DNA from: Candidatus Magasanikbacteria bacterium GW2011_GWC2_37_14
GTDB taxonomy: Bacteria; Patescibacteriota; Patescibacteriia; Magasanikbacterales; UBA922
Direction of reading: 5' to 3'
DNA length: 64,000 nt
Assembly: GCA_000990355.1 (NCBI GenBank)
Contig: LBSX01000005.1
Location: 4,584 to 68,583 of the forward strand
The notes beneath the pieces are model-generated. The model searched no databases. It was not told the origin of the DNA and saw only the letters and a program-made list of their open reading frames with translations. Positions 47,582 through 57,525 of this stretch are shown in pieces (the first letter of the stretch is position 1; the number at the start of each line of letters is the position of its first letter). A program made the translations under genes and the position numbers.

Positions 47582-48034
47582 ATGGATTTGAATAGAGCAA
47601 CTATTCTCGGGCGTTTGACCCGCGATCCAGAATTAAAAACTACTCCCAACGGAAAGAGTGTGGCCACTATTGGCCTAGCTACCAATAGAGTTTGGACAAA
47701 TGCTGGCACTGGCGCCAAAGAAGAAAAAACTGAATTCCATAATTGTGTGCTTTGGGGTAAATTAGCCGAGATTGCTGGTCAATATTTAAGCAAAGGACGT
47801 CGTTTGTATGTGGAAGGAAGATTGGAAACCAGAGATTGGACAGGTCAGGACGGTGTAAAACGTTATCGTACCGAAATTGTGGTAGATAATATGATTATGC
47901 TTGACGGTCCACGCGGGACCGAAACCGGTAATCGCCCAGTTGCCAAAGTAGATTATTCAGAACCAGCTTTGCCAACTATTTCTGCCGATGAAGTAGTAGA
48001 AGAAGAAATTAAAGTTGAAGATATTCCATTTTAA
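47582..48034 (+). CDS. ssb: single-stranded DNA-binding protein
   Basis: NRATILGRLTRDPE, YVEGRL and C-terminal DIPF. Confidence 0.97.
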   Translation: MDLNRATILGRLTRDPELKTTPNGKSVATIGLATNRVWTNAGTGAKEEKTEFHNCVLWGKLAEIAGQYLSKGRRLYVEGRLETRDWTGQDGVKRYRTEIVVDNMIMLDGPRGTETGNRPVAKVDYSEPALPTISADEVVEEEIKVEDIPF

Positions 48035-48039
48035 AAATT

Positions 48040-48279
48040 ATGATGTACAACAATAACAAAGAAAATGCAAAACCCATAGTAAGATATTGTCATTATTGTG
48101 TAAATAAACAAACAGCAGTAGATTACAAAGATGTACAATTATTACGTCGTTTTGTTTCCTCTTATTTAAAGATTGCTCCTCAACGTCGCAGTGGTTTGTG
48201 TGCACTCCACCAACGTAAAGTTGCTAATGCTATTAAACAAGCTAGAGTTGCTGGTTTAATGGGATTTGTGTCGAAGTAA
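48040..48279 (+). CDS. rpsR: 30S ribosomal protein S18 (Zn-binding type)
   Basis: CHYC, DYKD..LL, GLCALHQR and AIKQAR. Confidence 0.95.
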   Translation: MMYNNNKENAKPIVRYCHYCVNKQTAVDYKDVQLLRRFVSSYLKIAPQRRSGLCALHQRKVANAIKQARVAGLMGFVSK

Positions 48280-48300
48280 AGTTTATAAAGTCTATAAAGT

Positions 48301-48334
48301 AAAACCGTCCCGCAACCTGCGGGACGGTTTTTTT
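48301..48334 (+). terminator. intrinsic terminator after rpsR
   Basis: aaaaccgtcccgca-acc-tgcgggacggttttttt. Confidence 0.85.
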
Positions 48335-48563
48335 CTCCCCCTACAAGGGGAGGATTACGAAATGTGTTTGTGTGCGCGTGAACGAGTGATTGAACGTCGT
48401 CGCTGTCCCCCTCTTTCCCAACCTGCCTGCCGGTAGGCAGGGAGGGGGTAGGCCTGCCCGACATGCCGTCAAGGCAGGCGGGGGGAGTTTGCCGAGGCTT
48501 GCACAAACTCCGGCAACTCCACCGTCCGCCCTGGGCGGGCACCTCCTCTTGGTAAGAGGAGGA
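48335..48563. repeat. intergenic cluster of nested GC-rich palindromic elements
   Basis: ctccccctacaaggggaggattacgaa (cf. 57763-57790), cctgcctgccggtaggcagg, gcctgcccgacatgccgtcaaggcaggc, ccgccctgggcgg and cctcctcttggtaagaggagg. Confidence 0.9.
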
Positions 48564-48720
48564 TTAAAAAACACTCCGCTAATTAGCAGAGTGTTTTATA
48601 TTAACCCTCGGTTCTCCACAACACACTTATCTAAATATAAATGTATTCTGGAGATCGGAACCGAGGGTTCAGTGCCGATCATCCTTGGGGGGTGGTCGGC
48701 CGGGAGTGGCCTGGTGGGGT

Positions 48721-49101
48721 TCAACGCCCGCAGTTGAAGAGCTTGTGACTGCAGTTGGGGGTGGGGTCGCAGACATCACCACTACCGTCCTTGTCGACGT
48801 CGGTCTGGTCCGAGTTTGGTTTCTCGGGGCAGTTGTCGCAGACGTCGCCCACACCGTCCTTGTCGAAGTCGCGTTGGTCGTGGTTGAAGGTCCGCACCAA
48901 TGGGCAGTTGTCGATGCGGTCGGGGATGTTGTCCCCATCCACGTCGGAGTTGCGTTCGGCTTCGGCGGCCGACTGCTTCTGTCCGGCCTGGTAGTCTTCC
49001 CAGGCCTTCTCTCTGTCGGACGCTGGCCCACGCATCATGAGGACACAGCCTGAGAGATTTAGCACCATCGCCCACAGGGCGATAAGGATCATGCGGTTCA
49101 T
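48721..49101 (-). CDS. lipoprotein with thrombospondin type 3 repeats (high-GC islet)
   Basis: Lipobox LSGC; [30 protein letters not shown] and [12 protein letters not shown]. Confidence 0.85.
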   Translation of the reverse strand: MNRMILIALWAMVLNLSGCVLMMRGPASDREKAWEDYQAGQKQSAAEAERNSDVDGDNIPDRIDNCPLVRTFNHDQRDFDKDGVGDVCDNCPEKPNSDQTDVDKDGSGDVCDPTPNCSHKLFNCGR

Positions 49102-49210
49102 GATTGCCTTTCAGCCCCAATGGGGCAGTGGTTAACCGCTTATTTTAGCAAAAAATTTGGCTAAATTAAGCGATTTACAACTATAAAAATATTTTATATA
49201 CTAACGGCGT

Positions 49211-49239
49211 ATTATAGCACAAATTTGCCTTTTTGTCAA
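49211..49239 (-). promoter_or_regulatory. perfect sigma70 promoter TTGACA-N17-TATAAT
   Basis: minus strand ttgacaaaaaggcaaatttgtgctataat upstream of the TSP3 lipoprotein. Confidence 0.8.
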
Positions 49240-49263
49240 GAAGGTGTTATCCACTCCTTTAAT

Positions 49264-49292
49264 TTGACAGTTCTTTTTTTATGAGGTATACT
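49264..49292 (+). promoter_or_regulatory. sigma70 promoter TTGACA-N17-TATACT for rpoBC
   Basis: Consensus boxes about 220 bp upstream of rpoB, divergent from the 49211 promoter. Confidence 0.75.
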
Positions 49293-49512
49293 GTTGTCAC
49301 TTTTCTCTCAGGGACACATTTGATTAGCAATTTGTCTGAACTTGAAAACCTGGGGTGTCGTACTCAAAAATACCTAATTTAAAGGGTTTTCGGGTAAGTA
49401 CCTACAGCATGTTGGAAAAAATACTTCGACAATAAATAATATTTTTGAGCTTCCTTAATAAAGGAAATTTTTTGTTATCTAAAAAATAATTTTTTAAAAT
49501 AATTTTATTTAT

Positions 49513-52500
49513 ATGCCAATTTTCAAACGTCAGCCTTTAAAAATAAAAGAACGTCAGTTCTTTACCGATAAACGCGAAGCCATACCTTTGCCAGATTTAA
49601 TTCAAATCCAAAAGGATTCTTATAACTGGTTTGTAAAAAATGGCGTGCGAGAATTGTTTGAAGAAATTTCTCCAATTACTGATTTTACTGGCCGTGATTT
49701 GGAATTGTATTTTGAAGATTATTATATTGATGAACCAAAATTTGATGAAGTAACTTGTCGTGAAAAAAATATTACCTATGAAGCGCCACTCCGGGTAAAT
49801 GCCAAATTAATTAATAAGCGCACTAGTAAGAGTGACACCCAAGAAATTTATTTGGGTGATATTCCAGTAATGACTCCTCGCGGAACTTTTGTGGTAAACG
49901 GTATTGAACGTTGTGTGGTGGCCCAGCTTATTCGTAGTGCCGGCGCTTTCTTTACTGCCGAGAATGTACGTGGTCGCCGTTATTATGGAGCAAAAATTAT
50001 TCCTAATCGTGGAGCCTGGATTGAAATTGAAACTGATTTAAATAATGTCGTTTGGATTAAAGTAGACCGCAAAAGAAAAGTAGCAGCCACATCTTTGCTT
50101 CGCGCTTTTGGTATGGGTAATGACGAAGATATTATTAAAGCTTTTAAAGATGTAAATAGTCATCCCAATGTTGATTATGTAGAAGCGACTCTAAAAAAAG
50201 ATGCCGCTAGAAATGAAGATGATGGTTTGATTGAAGTTTATCGTCGTATTCGCCCAGGTGATTTGGCTACTTCCGACAATGCCAAGAGTTTAATTCATGC
50301 CATGTTTTTTAATTTTGACCGTTATGATTTGGGACGTGTAGGTGTTTACAAATTTAATACTAAATTTGAATTGAATTTAAAAGAAGATGATTATGAAAAG
50401 AAAGAAGAAAGAGTGTTATCTTTAGAAAAAATATTATTAGTTTTAAAAGAAGTAGTGCGTTTGAATGTTACTCAAGAAGAACCAGATGATATTGATCATT
50501 TGGGAAATCGACGTTTGCGCGCGGTTGGTGAATTGGTACAAAATCGTTTTCGCGTGGGTATGGCCAGAATGGAACGTATTGTAAAAGACAGAATGAGTAC
50601 TTATGAATTGGAAAGTTTAAGTCCAAATCGTCTTATCAATGCTCGTCCGGTAATTGGTGCTGTTCATGAATTTTTTATGAGTTCCCAATTATCCCAGTTT
50701 ATGGATCAAATAAATCCTTTGTCTGAATTGGAACATAAACGTCGTGTTTCGGCCTTGGGACCCGGAGGTTTGTCCCGTGATCGTGCTGGCTTTGAAGTTC
50801 GGGACGTTCACACCACTCACTATGGTAGAATTTGCCCAATTGCTACCCCCGAAGGTCCAAATATTGGCTTGGTTGGTCATTTGGCTAGTTTTGCCAAAGT
50901 AAATAGTTTTGGCTTTTTGGAAACACCTTACCGAAAAGTGGCTCAAGAAAAAGGTAAAAAACCAAAAGTTACCAATGAAGTTGTTTATTTAAATTCTTTT
51001 CAAGAAGAAAGAATAATTACTGTAAGTGCTAATACTGTTGTTGACAAAGATGGTTATATTTTGGGCGTAAGAGTTCCAGCTCGTATTAAAGGTGAGCCAG
51101 GAGTAACTGAAGTAGAAAATATTGATTACATGGATGTGGCTTCCAATCAAATTTTAAGTATTGCTACTTCTTGTATTCCATTTTTGGAACACGATGATGC
51201 TACTCGCGCTTTGATGGGTTCAAACATGCAACGCCAAGCAGTGCCTTGTATTTGTCCCGAAGCTCCTTTGGTTGGTACTGGCATCGAAGGCAAAGCCGCC
51301 GAAAATAGTGGTCATGTGTTGCTTAGTGATTGTGATGGCGAAGCAACTTATGTAGATGGCATGCGAATAGAAATTACCAATAAAAAAGGTGAAATTAAAA
51401 AATATCGTTTAAACAAATTTGTTCGTTCCAACGCTTCTAGTTGTATAGACCAACGTCCATTGGTAAATTTGGGTGATAAAGTTAAAAAAGGTCAACCAAT
51501 TTGTGATGGCCCATCTACAGATCAAGGTGAATTGGCCTTGGGGCAGAATGTTTTGGTTGCTTATATGGTGTGGGATGGTTTTAACTACGAAGATGCGGTA
51601 ATTGTTTCCGAACGTTTGGTACAAAAAGACAAATATACTTCGGTTCATATCGAAGATTATAAAATTGATGTACGTGAAACAAAATTAGGACCAGAAGTAG
51701 TAACTGCCGACATTCCAAATGTTTCTGAAGAAAAATTAAAAAATTTGGATGCCGAAGGAATTGTGCGTATTGGTGCCGAAGTTCAATCTGGAGATATTTT
51801 GGTAGGTAAAATTACGCCAAAGGGTGAAACTGAATTATCTCCTGAAGAACGATTACTTCGCGCCATCTTTGGAGAAAAAGCCCGAGATGTACGTGATTCC
51901 TCACTTTATTTGGAACATGGTGAACATGGTAAAGTAATTGATATTAAAATTTTCTCGGCCGAAAATGGTGACAAATTACAGCCAGGCGTAATTAAACAAG
52001 TACAAATTACCGTGGCTGATTTGCGCAAAATTCAAGTGGGTGACAAAATGGCTGGCCGTCATGGAAACAAAGGTGTTATTTCCAAAGTAGTGCCAGTAGC
52101 CGATATGCCATTTTTGGAAGATGGTACCCCAGTAGATATTATTTTATCTCCTTTGGGTGTTATTTCTCGTATGAATTTGGGGCAATTGCTAGAAACCCAT
52201 TTGGGTTTGGCAGCCAATGCTTTGGGATACAAAGCCGCTACCCCTACTTTAAATGGAGTTACCGAAGAACAAATTAAAGCCGAATTAGTTAAAGCTGGTT
52301 TTCCAGCTAGTGGTCAATTACAACTTTGTGACGGCCGTACTGGTGAACCATTTGATCACAAAACTACTGTGGGTTATCCTTACATGCTCAAATTAAACCA
52401 CATGGTAGAAGACAAAATTCACCAACGTTCAATTGGTCCATACAGTTTAATTACTCAACAACCTTTGGGTGGCAAAGCCCAATTTGGTGGACAGCGTTTT

Positions 52501-52818
52501 GGAGAAATGGAAGTGTGGGCCTTAGAAGCATATGGCGCCGCCCATACTTTACAAGAAATTTTAACTATCAAATCCGATGATGTACCCGGACGTTCCAAAG
52601 CTTATGAAGCGATTATTAAGGGTGAAAAAATTACCCGGGTTAATTTACCAGAATCATTCAATGTGTTGGTTAGAGAATTGAAAGGTTTGGCACTGGATGT
52701 AGAACTTTTGTCTAGAAATCAAGATGGCACTTTTCGGGCAGTAAGCGAAGAAGAATCAATCAAGAAGCCCGAAGAAGAGAATCGTGAAAGAGTAAAGACA
52801 GAAACAGTTGAAGAATAA
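49513..52818 (+). CDS. rpoB: DNA-directed RNA polymerase subunit beta
   Basis: SQLSQFMDQ, CPIATPEGPNIGL, GDKMAGRHGNKG and GGQRFGEME. Confidence 0.99.
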   Translation: MPIFKRQPLKIKERQFFTDKREAIPLPDLIQIQKDSYNWFVKNGVRELFEEISPITDFTGRDLELYFEDYYIDEPKFDEVTCREKNITYEAPLRVNAKLINKRTSKSDTQEIYLGDIPVMTPRGTFVVNGIERCVVAQLIRSAGAFFTAENVRGRRYYGAKIIPNRGAWIEIETDLNNVVWIKVDRKRKVAATSLLRAFGMGNDEDIIKAFKDVNSHPNVDYVEATLKKDAARNEDDGLIEVYRRIRPGDLATSDNAKSLIHAMFFNFDRYDLGRVGVYKFNTKFELNLKEDDYEKKEERVLSLEKILLVLKEVVRLNVTQEEPDDIDHLGNRRLRAVGELVQNRFRVGMARMERIVKDRMSTYELESLSPNRLINARPVIGAVHEFFMSSQLSQFMDQINPLSELEHKRRVSALGPGGLSRDRAGFEVRDVHTTHYGRICPIATPEGPNIGLVGHLASFAKVNSFGFLETPYRKVAQEKGKKPKVTNEVVYLNSFQEERIITVSANTVVDKDGYILGVRVPARIKGEPGVTEVENIDYMDVASNQILSIATSCIPFLEHDDATRALMGSNMQRQAVPCICPEAPLVGTGIEGKAAENSGHVLLSDCDGEATYVDGMRIEITNKKGEIKKYRLNKFVRSNASSCIDQRPLVNLGDKVKKGQPICDGPSTDQGELALGQNVLVAYMVWDGFNYEDAVIVSERLVQKDKYTSVHIEDYKIDVRETKLGPEVVTADIPNVSEEKLKNLDAEGIVRIGAEVQSGDILVGKITPKGETELSPEERLLRAIFGEKARDVRDSSLYLEHGEHGKVIDIKIFSAENGDKLQPGVIKQVQITVADLRKIQVGDKMAGRHGNKGVISKVVPVADMPFLEDGTPVDIILSPLGVISRMNLGQLLETHLGLAANALGYKAATPTLNGVTEEQIKAELVKAGFPASGQLQLCDGRTGEPFDHKTTVGYPYMLKLNHMVEDKIHQRSIGPYSLITQQPLGGKAQFGGQRFGEMEVWALEAYGAAHTLQEILTIKSDDVPGRSKAYEAIIKGEKITRVNLPESFNVLVRELKGLALDVELLSRNQDGTFRAVSEEESIKKPEEENRERVKTETVEE

Positions 52819-52856
52819 TTTAATACTTTAATTATCAATTATTATTCTATAAATTT

Positions 52857-55800
52857 ATGACACGTGATTCTCTACATTCAATGGAATTTGATGCCTTGCG
52901 TTTAAGAGTAGCTTCTCCCGAAGTTATTCGCGCTTGGTCTTATGGCGAAGTAAATAAGCCGGAAACTATTAACTATCGTACGCAAAAACCAGAAAAAGGT
53001 GGTTTGTTTGCCGAAGAAATTTTTGGACCGACCAAAGATTGGGAATGTTACTGTGGAAAGTACAAAAAAATTCGTTATAAAGGAATTATCTGCGATAAGT
53101 GTGGAGTAGAAGTTACTCATTCGTTGGTTCGTCGTCAAAGAATGGGACACATTGAACTTTGCACTGCTGTTTCGCATATTTGGTTTTTACGTTCCATTCC
53201 TTCTAAAGTCGGTTTAATTTTAGATCTATCTATTCAGTCTTTGGAAAAAGTAATTTATTTTGCTTCTTTTATTATCACCAAAGTACACGAAGATGCCAAA
53301 AAAGAAACACACGAATTATTAAAGCAAGAATATAAGTCCAAGAAAAAACAAATTTTAAAAGAAACAGAAACAGAAATTGCCCAAGCCAATGAACAGAAAA
53401 AAGGCCATGCTGTTTTGGAAGAAATTGCCAAAGAACGAGATCGTAAATTACAATCTTTGGAAGATGATTTTTCTCAAGCAGAAACTGATTTACATGATTT
53501 GCAAATTTTAAAAATTATTTCGGAAAATCGTTATCAAGAATTAGCTTTACGTTTTGGTCATTTGTTTGATGCGGAAATTGGGGCCGAGGCTGTACGTCGT
53601 TTACTCGAAAGATTAAATTTGGCTGAAACAATCAAAAATTTAGAAGCAGAAACTTTAAAAACCAAAGGAGCCAAACGTGACCGCTTGGTGCGTCGGGTAA
53701 AACTTTTAAAGAGTTTGCATAAAAATGATATTCGTCCTGAATGGATGATCCTGACTACTATTCCAGTGGTGCCGCCAGATTTGCGTCCAATGGTAGCATT
53801 AGATGGTGGACGTTTTGCGACTTCTGATTTAAATGATTTGTATCGTCGGGTAATCAACCGTAATAATCGTTTACGTCGTTTGTTAGAACTTAATGCTCCA
53901 GAAGTAATTTGTCGTAATGAAAAAAGAATGTTGCAAGAAGCAGTTGACGCCCTAATCGACAACAATGCTCGGGCTAGTAAAACTGTAACTGCTTCTACCG
54001 GGCAAAAAAGACAATTACGTTCTTTGGCCGACATCTTAAAAGGTAAACAAGGTCGTTTCCGTCAAAACTTGCTTGGTAAACGCGTGGACTATTCTGGTCG
54101 TTCGGTAATTGTGGTTGGACCAAAATTACATATTGATCAATGTGGTATTCCTAAGCGTATGGCTTTGGAATTATTCAAACCATTTGTGATGGCCGAAATT
54201 ATTAAACGTGAATTAGCCCACAACGTGCGCAGTGCTAGTCGTTTTATCGAAACCAATGCTCCAGAAGTTTGGGATATTTTGGAAGAATTAATTGGCAAAA
54301 CTAGAGTACTGTTAAATCGTGCTCCAACTTTGCATCGTTTGGGTATTCAAGCATTCCGTCCTCATTTGGTAGAAGGAAAAGCAATTAATTTGCATCCGCT
54401 TGTTTGTCCAGCTTTTAATGCTGACTTCGACGGCGATCAAATGGCCGTACATTTGCCATTAACCGAAGAAGCCAAATGGGAAGCAGAACATTTAATGGCT
54501 GCAGAAAAAAATCTTTTAAAACCAGCTACGGGCGCTCCAGTAATTACTCCACAACAAGATATTGCTTTGGGTTGTTATTATTTAACCAAATATCGTGAAG
54601 ATGACAAAGGTGAAGTGAAAAAATATTTCTCTGGATTAAAAGAAGCTCGTTATGCTTACCAAACACGTAAAATTTCTTTGAAAGACAGAATCAAAGTTCG
54701 TTTTGATGATTTAAGTAAATTTCCCGAAGGTCAAGAATCAATTATTGAAACTTCTTTGGGTAGAATTTTCTTCAACGAAATTTTGCCAGAGCGTTTACCA
54801 TTTTATAATGAAGCGATTACCAAAAAACATTTGGCCAATATCATTCAATTATTGTTGGAATTTTATGGCCAACAAGAAACCGCCTTTGTCTTGGACAAGA
54901 TGAAAGATTTAGGTTTTAAATATGTAACCAAATCTGGTTATTCATTGGGCATGGACGATTTTGGTAGAATCCCCGAAAAAGCCGCAATTTTAGTAGAAGG
55001 TGACGCCTTGGTATTGCAAGTGCAAGATCAATACAAAGACGGTTTGCTTACAGACAGTGAACGTCATTCCAAAGTTTTGGAAATTTGGACTACGGTAAAA
55101 GATCGAGTAGTTGGACACAACAAAGAAGCTTTGGATAAAGACGGCCCAGCTTTTGCCATGATTGATTCTGGGGCTCGTGGTTCTTGGGGTCAGCTTGGCC
55201 AAACCATTGGTATGAAAGGCTTGGTAGCTTCTCCTTCTGGAGAAATTATTGAATTGCCAGTAAAAGGCAACTTTAAAGAAGGTTTTGATGTACTTGAATT
55301 CTTTATTTCTTCTCATGGTACTAGAAAAGGTTTGTCCGATACTGCTCTTCGTACTGCCAACGCTGGTTACTTAACCCGCCGTTTGGTAGATGTAGCCCAA
55401 GATGTAGTAGTTTTGGCCGAAGATTGTGGCGAAGATGAAGGTCAAATATTTACCAAAAAACAATCAGAAGAAATGGGAGAAAAATTATCCGAAAGAGTAC
55501 AAGGTAGATTTGTGTTGGCCGATGTAAAAGTTGGTAACAAAATAATTATTAAAAAAGATGAAATTGTTACCGAAGAAATTGCCAGAAAAATTAATGAAAA
55601 TAATATTGAGGAAGTGCATGTTCGCTCAGTTTCCAAATGCCGATTGCCAAAAGGTGTTTGCCAAAAATGTTATGGCTTTGACTTAGGTTATAATCGTTTG
55701 GTAGAAAAAGGTATTGCCGTAGGTACAATCGCTGCCCAATCCATTGGTGAACCGGGCACTCAGCTTACCATGCGTACCTTCCATTTGGGTGGTGTAGCCG

Positions 55801-56732
55801 GTGGTGGTGATATTACCCAAGGTTTGCCTCGTGTAGAAGAACTTTTTGAAGCTCGTCCCCCAAAACGTCAATCTGTTTTAACTGAAGTTTCGGGCACAGT
55901 AGAAATTGAAGATGCTGATGGTAAAGTAATTACCGGTCCAACTGGACGTAAAATTTTTGAAGGTCGTCGTGGACAAAAAATTATTAAAGTTCATTTTGAA
56001 GGAACCGAAGAAGCCAAATTTAAAGTTAATGCTCAAGATGATTTGCAAGTAAAAGATGGTGATAAAGTAAAAAAAGACGATGTGCTCTTGGTGCGAGGTT
56101 CTTCTGGAGAAGAAATAAAAGCTAGTTATCCTGGGACAGTAGCAATAAATGGTAAAGAATTATTACTTACTTTTGAAGGTAAACAAACCAAAGAATATAT
56201 TGTTCCATTGGGATATAAGATTTGGGTGAAAAATGGCGATCAAATTCAAAAAGGCGATCAAATTACCGAAGGCGCGGTGAATTTGCAAGAATTATATGAA
56301 TTAAGAGGTAAACCAGCGGTAGAAAGATATGTGCTTAGTGAAATCAAAGCAATTTATGCTTCGCAAGGTCAGCGTTTAAATGATAAACACGTAGAAATTA
56401 TTATTAAACAAATGTTTTCTCGTGTGTATGTAGAAGATCCAGGCGATACCGAATTATTGCCAGGAGAAACTGTAGAAAAAGCTCAAGTAATGGTGGCCAA
56501 CGAACAAATGCGCAAAGAAGGTAAAAAAGAAGCCAGTGGTCGTGAATTATTCTTGGGTGTTTCCAAAGTTTCACTTTCTACCCAAAGCTTTTTATCTTCG
56601 GCTTCGTTCCAAGAAACTGCTCGCGTACTTATTAATGCCGCAATTACTGGTAAAGTAGATTATTTAAATGGTCTAAAAGAAAATGTAATTATCGGCCGAC
56701 TTATTCCTGCTGGTACTGGGTATAAGGAGTAA
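52857..56732 (+). CDS. rpoC: DNA-directed RNA polymerase subunit beta'
   Basis: Zn finger CYCGKY, FNADFDGDQM and QSIGEPGTQLTMRTFH. Confidence 0.99.
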   Translation: MTRDSLHSMEFDALRLRVASPEVIRAWSYGEVNKPETINYRTQKPEKGGLFAEEIFGPTKDWECYCGKYKKIRYKGIICDKCGVEVTHSLVRRQRMGHIELCTAVSHIWFLRSIPSKVGLILDLSIQSLEKVIYFASFIITKVHEDAKKETHELLKQEYKSKKKQILKETETEIAQANEQKKGHAVLEEIAKERDRKLQSLEDDFSQAETDLHDLQILKIISENRYQELALRFGHLFDAEIGAEAVRRLLERLNLAETIKNLEAETLKTKGAKRDRLVRRVKLLKSLHKNDIRPEWMILTTIPVVPPDLRPMVALDGGRFATSDLNDLYRRVINRNNRLRRLLELNAPEVICRNEKRMLQEAVDALIDNNARASKTVTASTGQKRQLRSLADILKGKQGRFRQNLLGKRVDYSGRSVIVVGPKLHIDQCGIPKRMALELFKPFVMAEIIKRELAHNVRSASRFIETNAPEVWDILEELIGKTRVLLNRAPTLHRLGIQAFRPHLVEGKAINLHPLVCPAFNADFDGDQMAVHLPLTEEAKWEAEHLMAAEKNLLKPATGAPVITPQQDIALGCYYLTKYREDDKGEVKKYFSGLKEARYAYQTRKISLKDRIKVRFDDLSKFPEGQESIIETSLGRIFFNEILPERLPFYNEAITKKHLANIIQLLLEFYGQQETAFVLDKMKDLGFKYVTKSGYSLGMDDFGRIPEKAAILVEGDALVLQVQDQYKDGLLTDSERHSKVLEIWTTVKDRVVGHNKEALDKDGPAFAMIDSGARGSWGQLGQTIGMKGLVASPSGEIIELPVKGNFKEGFDVLEFFISSHGTRKGLSDTALRTANAGYLTRRLVDVAQDVVVLAEDCGEDEGQIFTKKQSEEMGEKLSERVQGRFVLADVKVGNKIIIKKDEIVTEEIARKINENNIEEVHVRSVSKCRLPKGVCQKCYGFDLGYNRLVEKGIAVGTIAAQSIGEPGTQLTMRTFHLGGVAGGGDITQGLPRVEELFEARPPKRQSVLTEVSGTVEIEDADGKVITGPTGRKIFEGRRGQKIIKVHFEGTEEAKFKVNAQDDLQVKDGDKVKKDDVLLVRGSSGEEIKASYPGTVAINGKELLLTFEGKQTKEYIVPLGYKIWVKNGDQIQKGDQITEGAVNLQELYELRGKPAVERYVLSEIKAIYASQGQRLNDKHVEIIIKQMFSRVYVEDPGDTELLPGETVEKAQVMVANEQMRKEGKKEASGRELFLGVSKVSLSTQSFLSSASFQETARVLINAAITGKVDYLNGLKENVIIGRLIPAGTGYKE

Positions 56733-56744
56733 AACTGTTAAAAT

Positions 56745-56778
56745 AAAATCGTCCCAAATTAGTTGGGACGATTTTTTT
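56745..56778 (+). terminator. intrinsic terminator after rpoC
   Basis: aaaatcgtcccaa-attag-ttgggacgattttttt. Confidence 0.85.
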
Positions 56779-56883
56779 ATTATACTCACGTACTAGCGTA
56801 CTAGTACAGTAGTGCGTTTGTTAAGACAAAATACTTTTGGGAAGGGGGGACACAGAACTGCGTCCCCAGAGGAGGGAAGTGAA

Positions 56884-57525
56884 CTACCGGAAGAGTACGC
56901 ACCGCGGGGGCACGATCAGGCTGGCGGGGTTGACACCGTCCCAGCTGATCAGTCCCTGGAGCACCATGTTTGTCATGTGCGACTGCCACGCCCGTTCGAC
57001 TTCGTTGACGCGCTTGGCCAAGGAGTCGGGGGTGTCGTCATCGCGGATCAAGACCGGGTAGTGGAAGAAGACCGGTCCTCGGTCGAATTCTTCGGTGACG
57101 AAGTGCATGCAGACCGCGCTGGCGGTCAGCTCGCCTTGGTGGAAGGTGGCCATCACGGCTTCGTGCACGTGGTGGCCGTACATGCCCGGACCGCCGTACT
57201 TGTACAACGGACCGGGGTGGATGTTGATGGTCTTCTTGGGGTCGAGACCCCTGACCAACTTCAGCCAGCCGGACAGCGCGACGAGGTCGGGCTGGAAGGC
57301 GTCGACGAGAAGCTGATATTGGTCTACCGACCAGGGTGCGGGCATGTGAACGAATTTGACGCCCAATTTTTCGGCGCGTCGTTCTACACCACCACCTCGC
57401 ACGTTGGAAACTACGGCCACGATGTCCGCCTGGAGAACTCCGGTGCGGGAATTCTCCACGAGTTCTTGGAAGCCAGAGCCTCCACCCTCCCTGGAACCCG
57501 AAGCGAATACGAGAATCCTTTTCAT
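56884..57525 (-). CDS. PurN-like formyltransferase (high-GC islet)
   Basis: ILVFASGS..GGGSGF, LSGWLK, INIHPGPL, GMYGHHVH and HFVTEEFDRGPV; GC3-rich. Confidence 0.85.
   Translation of the reverse strand: MKRILVFASGSREGGGSGFQELVENSRTGVLQADIVAVVSNVRGGGVERRAEKLGVKFVHMPAPWSVDQYQLLVDAFQPDLVALSGWLKLVRGLDPKKTINIHPGPLYKYGGPGMYGHHVHEAVMATFHQGELTASAVCMHFVTEEFDRGPVFFHYPVLIRDDDTPDSLAKRVNEVERAWQSHMTNMVLQGLISWDGVNPASLIVPPRCVLFR

Noticed and set aside
48335-48563. CRISPR array in the GC-rich repeat clusters (also 57626-57790 and 59094-59207)
   Set aside because: There are no regularly spaced identical direct repeats with unique spacers and no cas genes; these are nested palindromes or short-period tandem repeats.
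48599-48673. Integron attC site after the TSP3 lipoprotein gene
   Set aside because: The ends only partly fit RYYYAAC/GTTRRRY, there is no integrase, and the other islets lack similar sites; kept only as a low-interest hairpin.
48180-48737. ORFs 48180..48542, 48341..48574, 48390..48737 and 36245..36517 sharing PPACLDGMSGRP
   Set aside because: The shared peptide comes from the repeated DNA element, not from a protein family.
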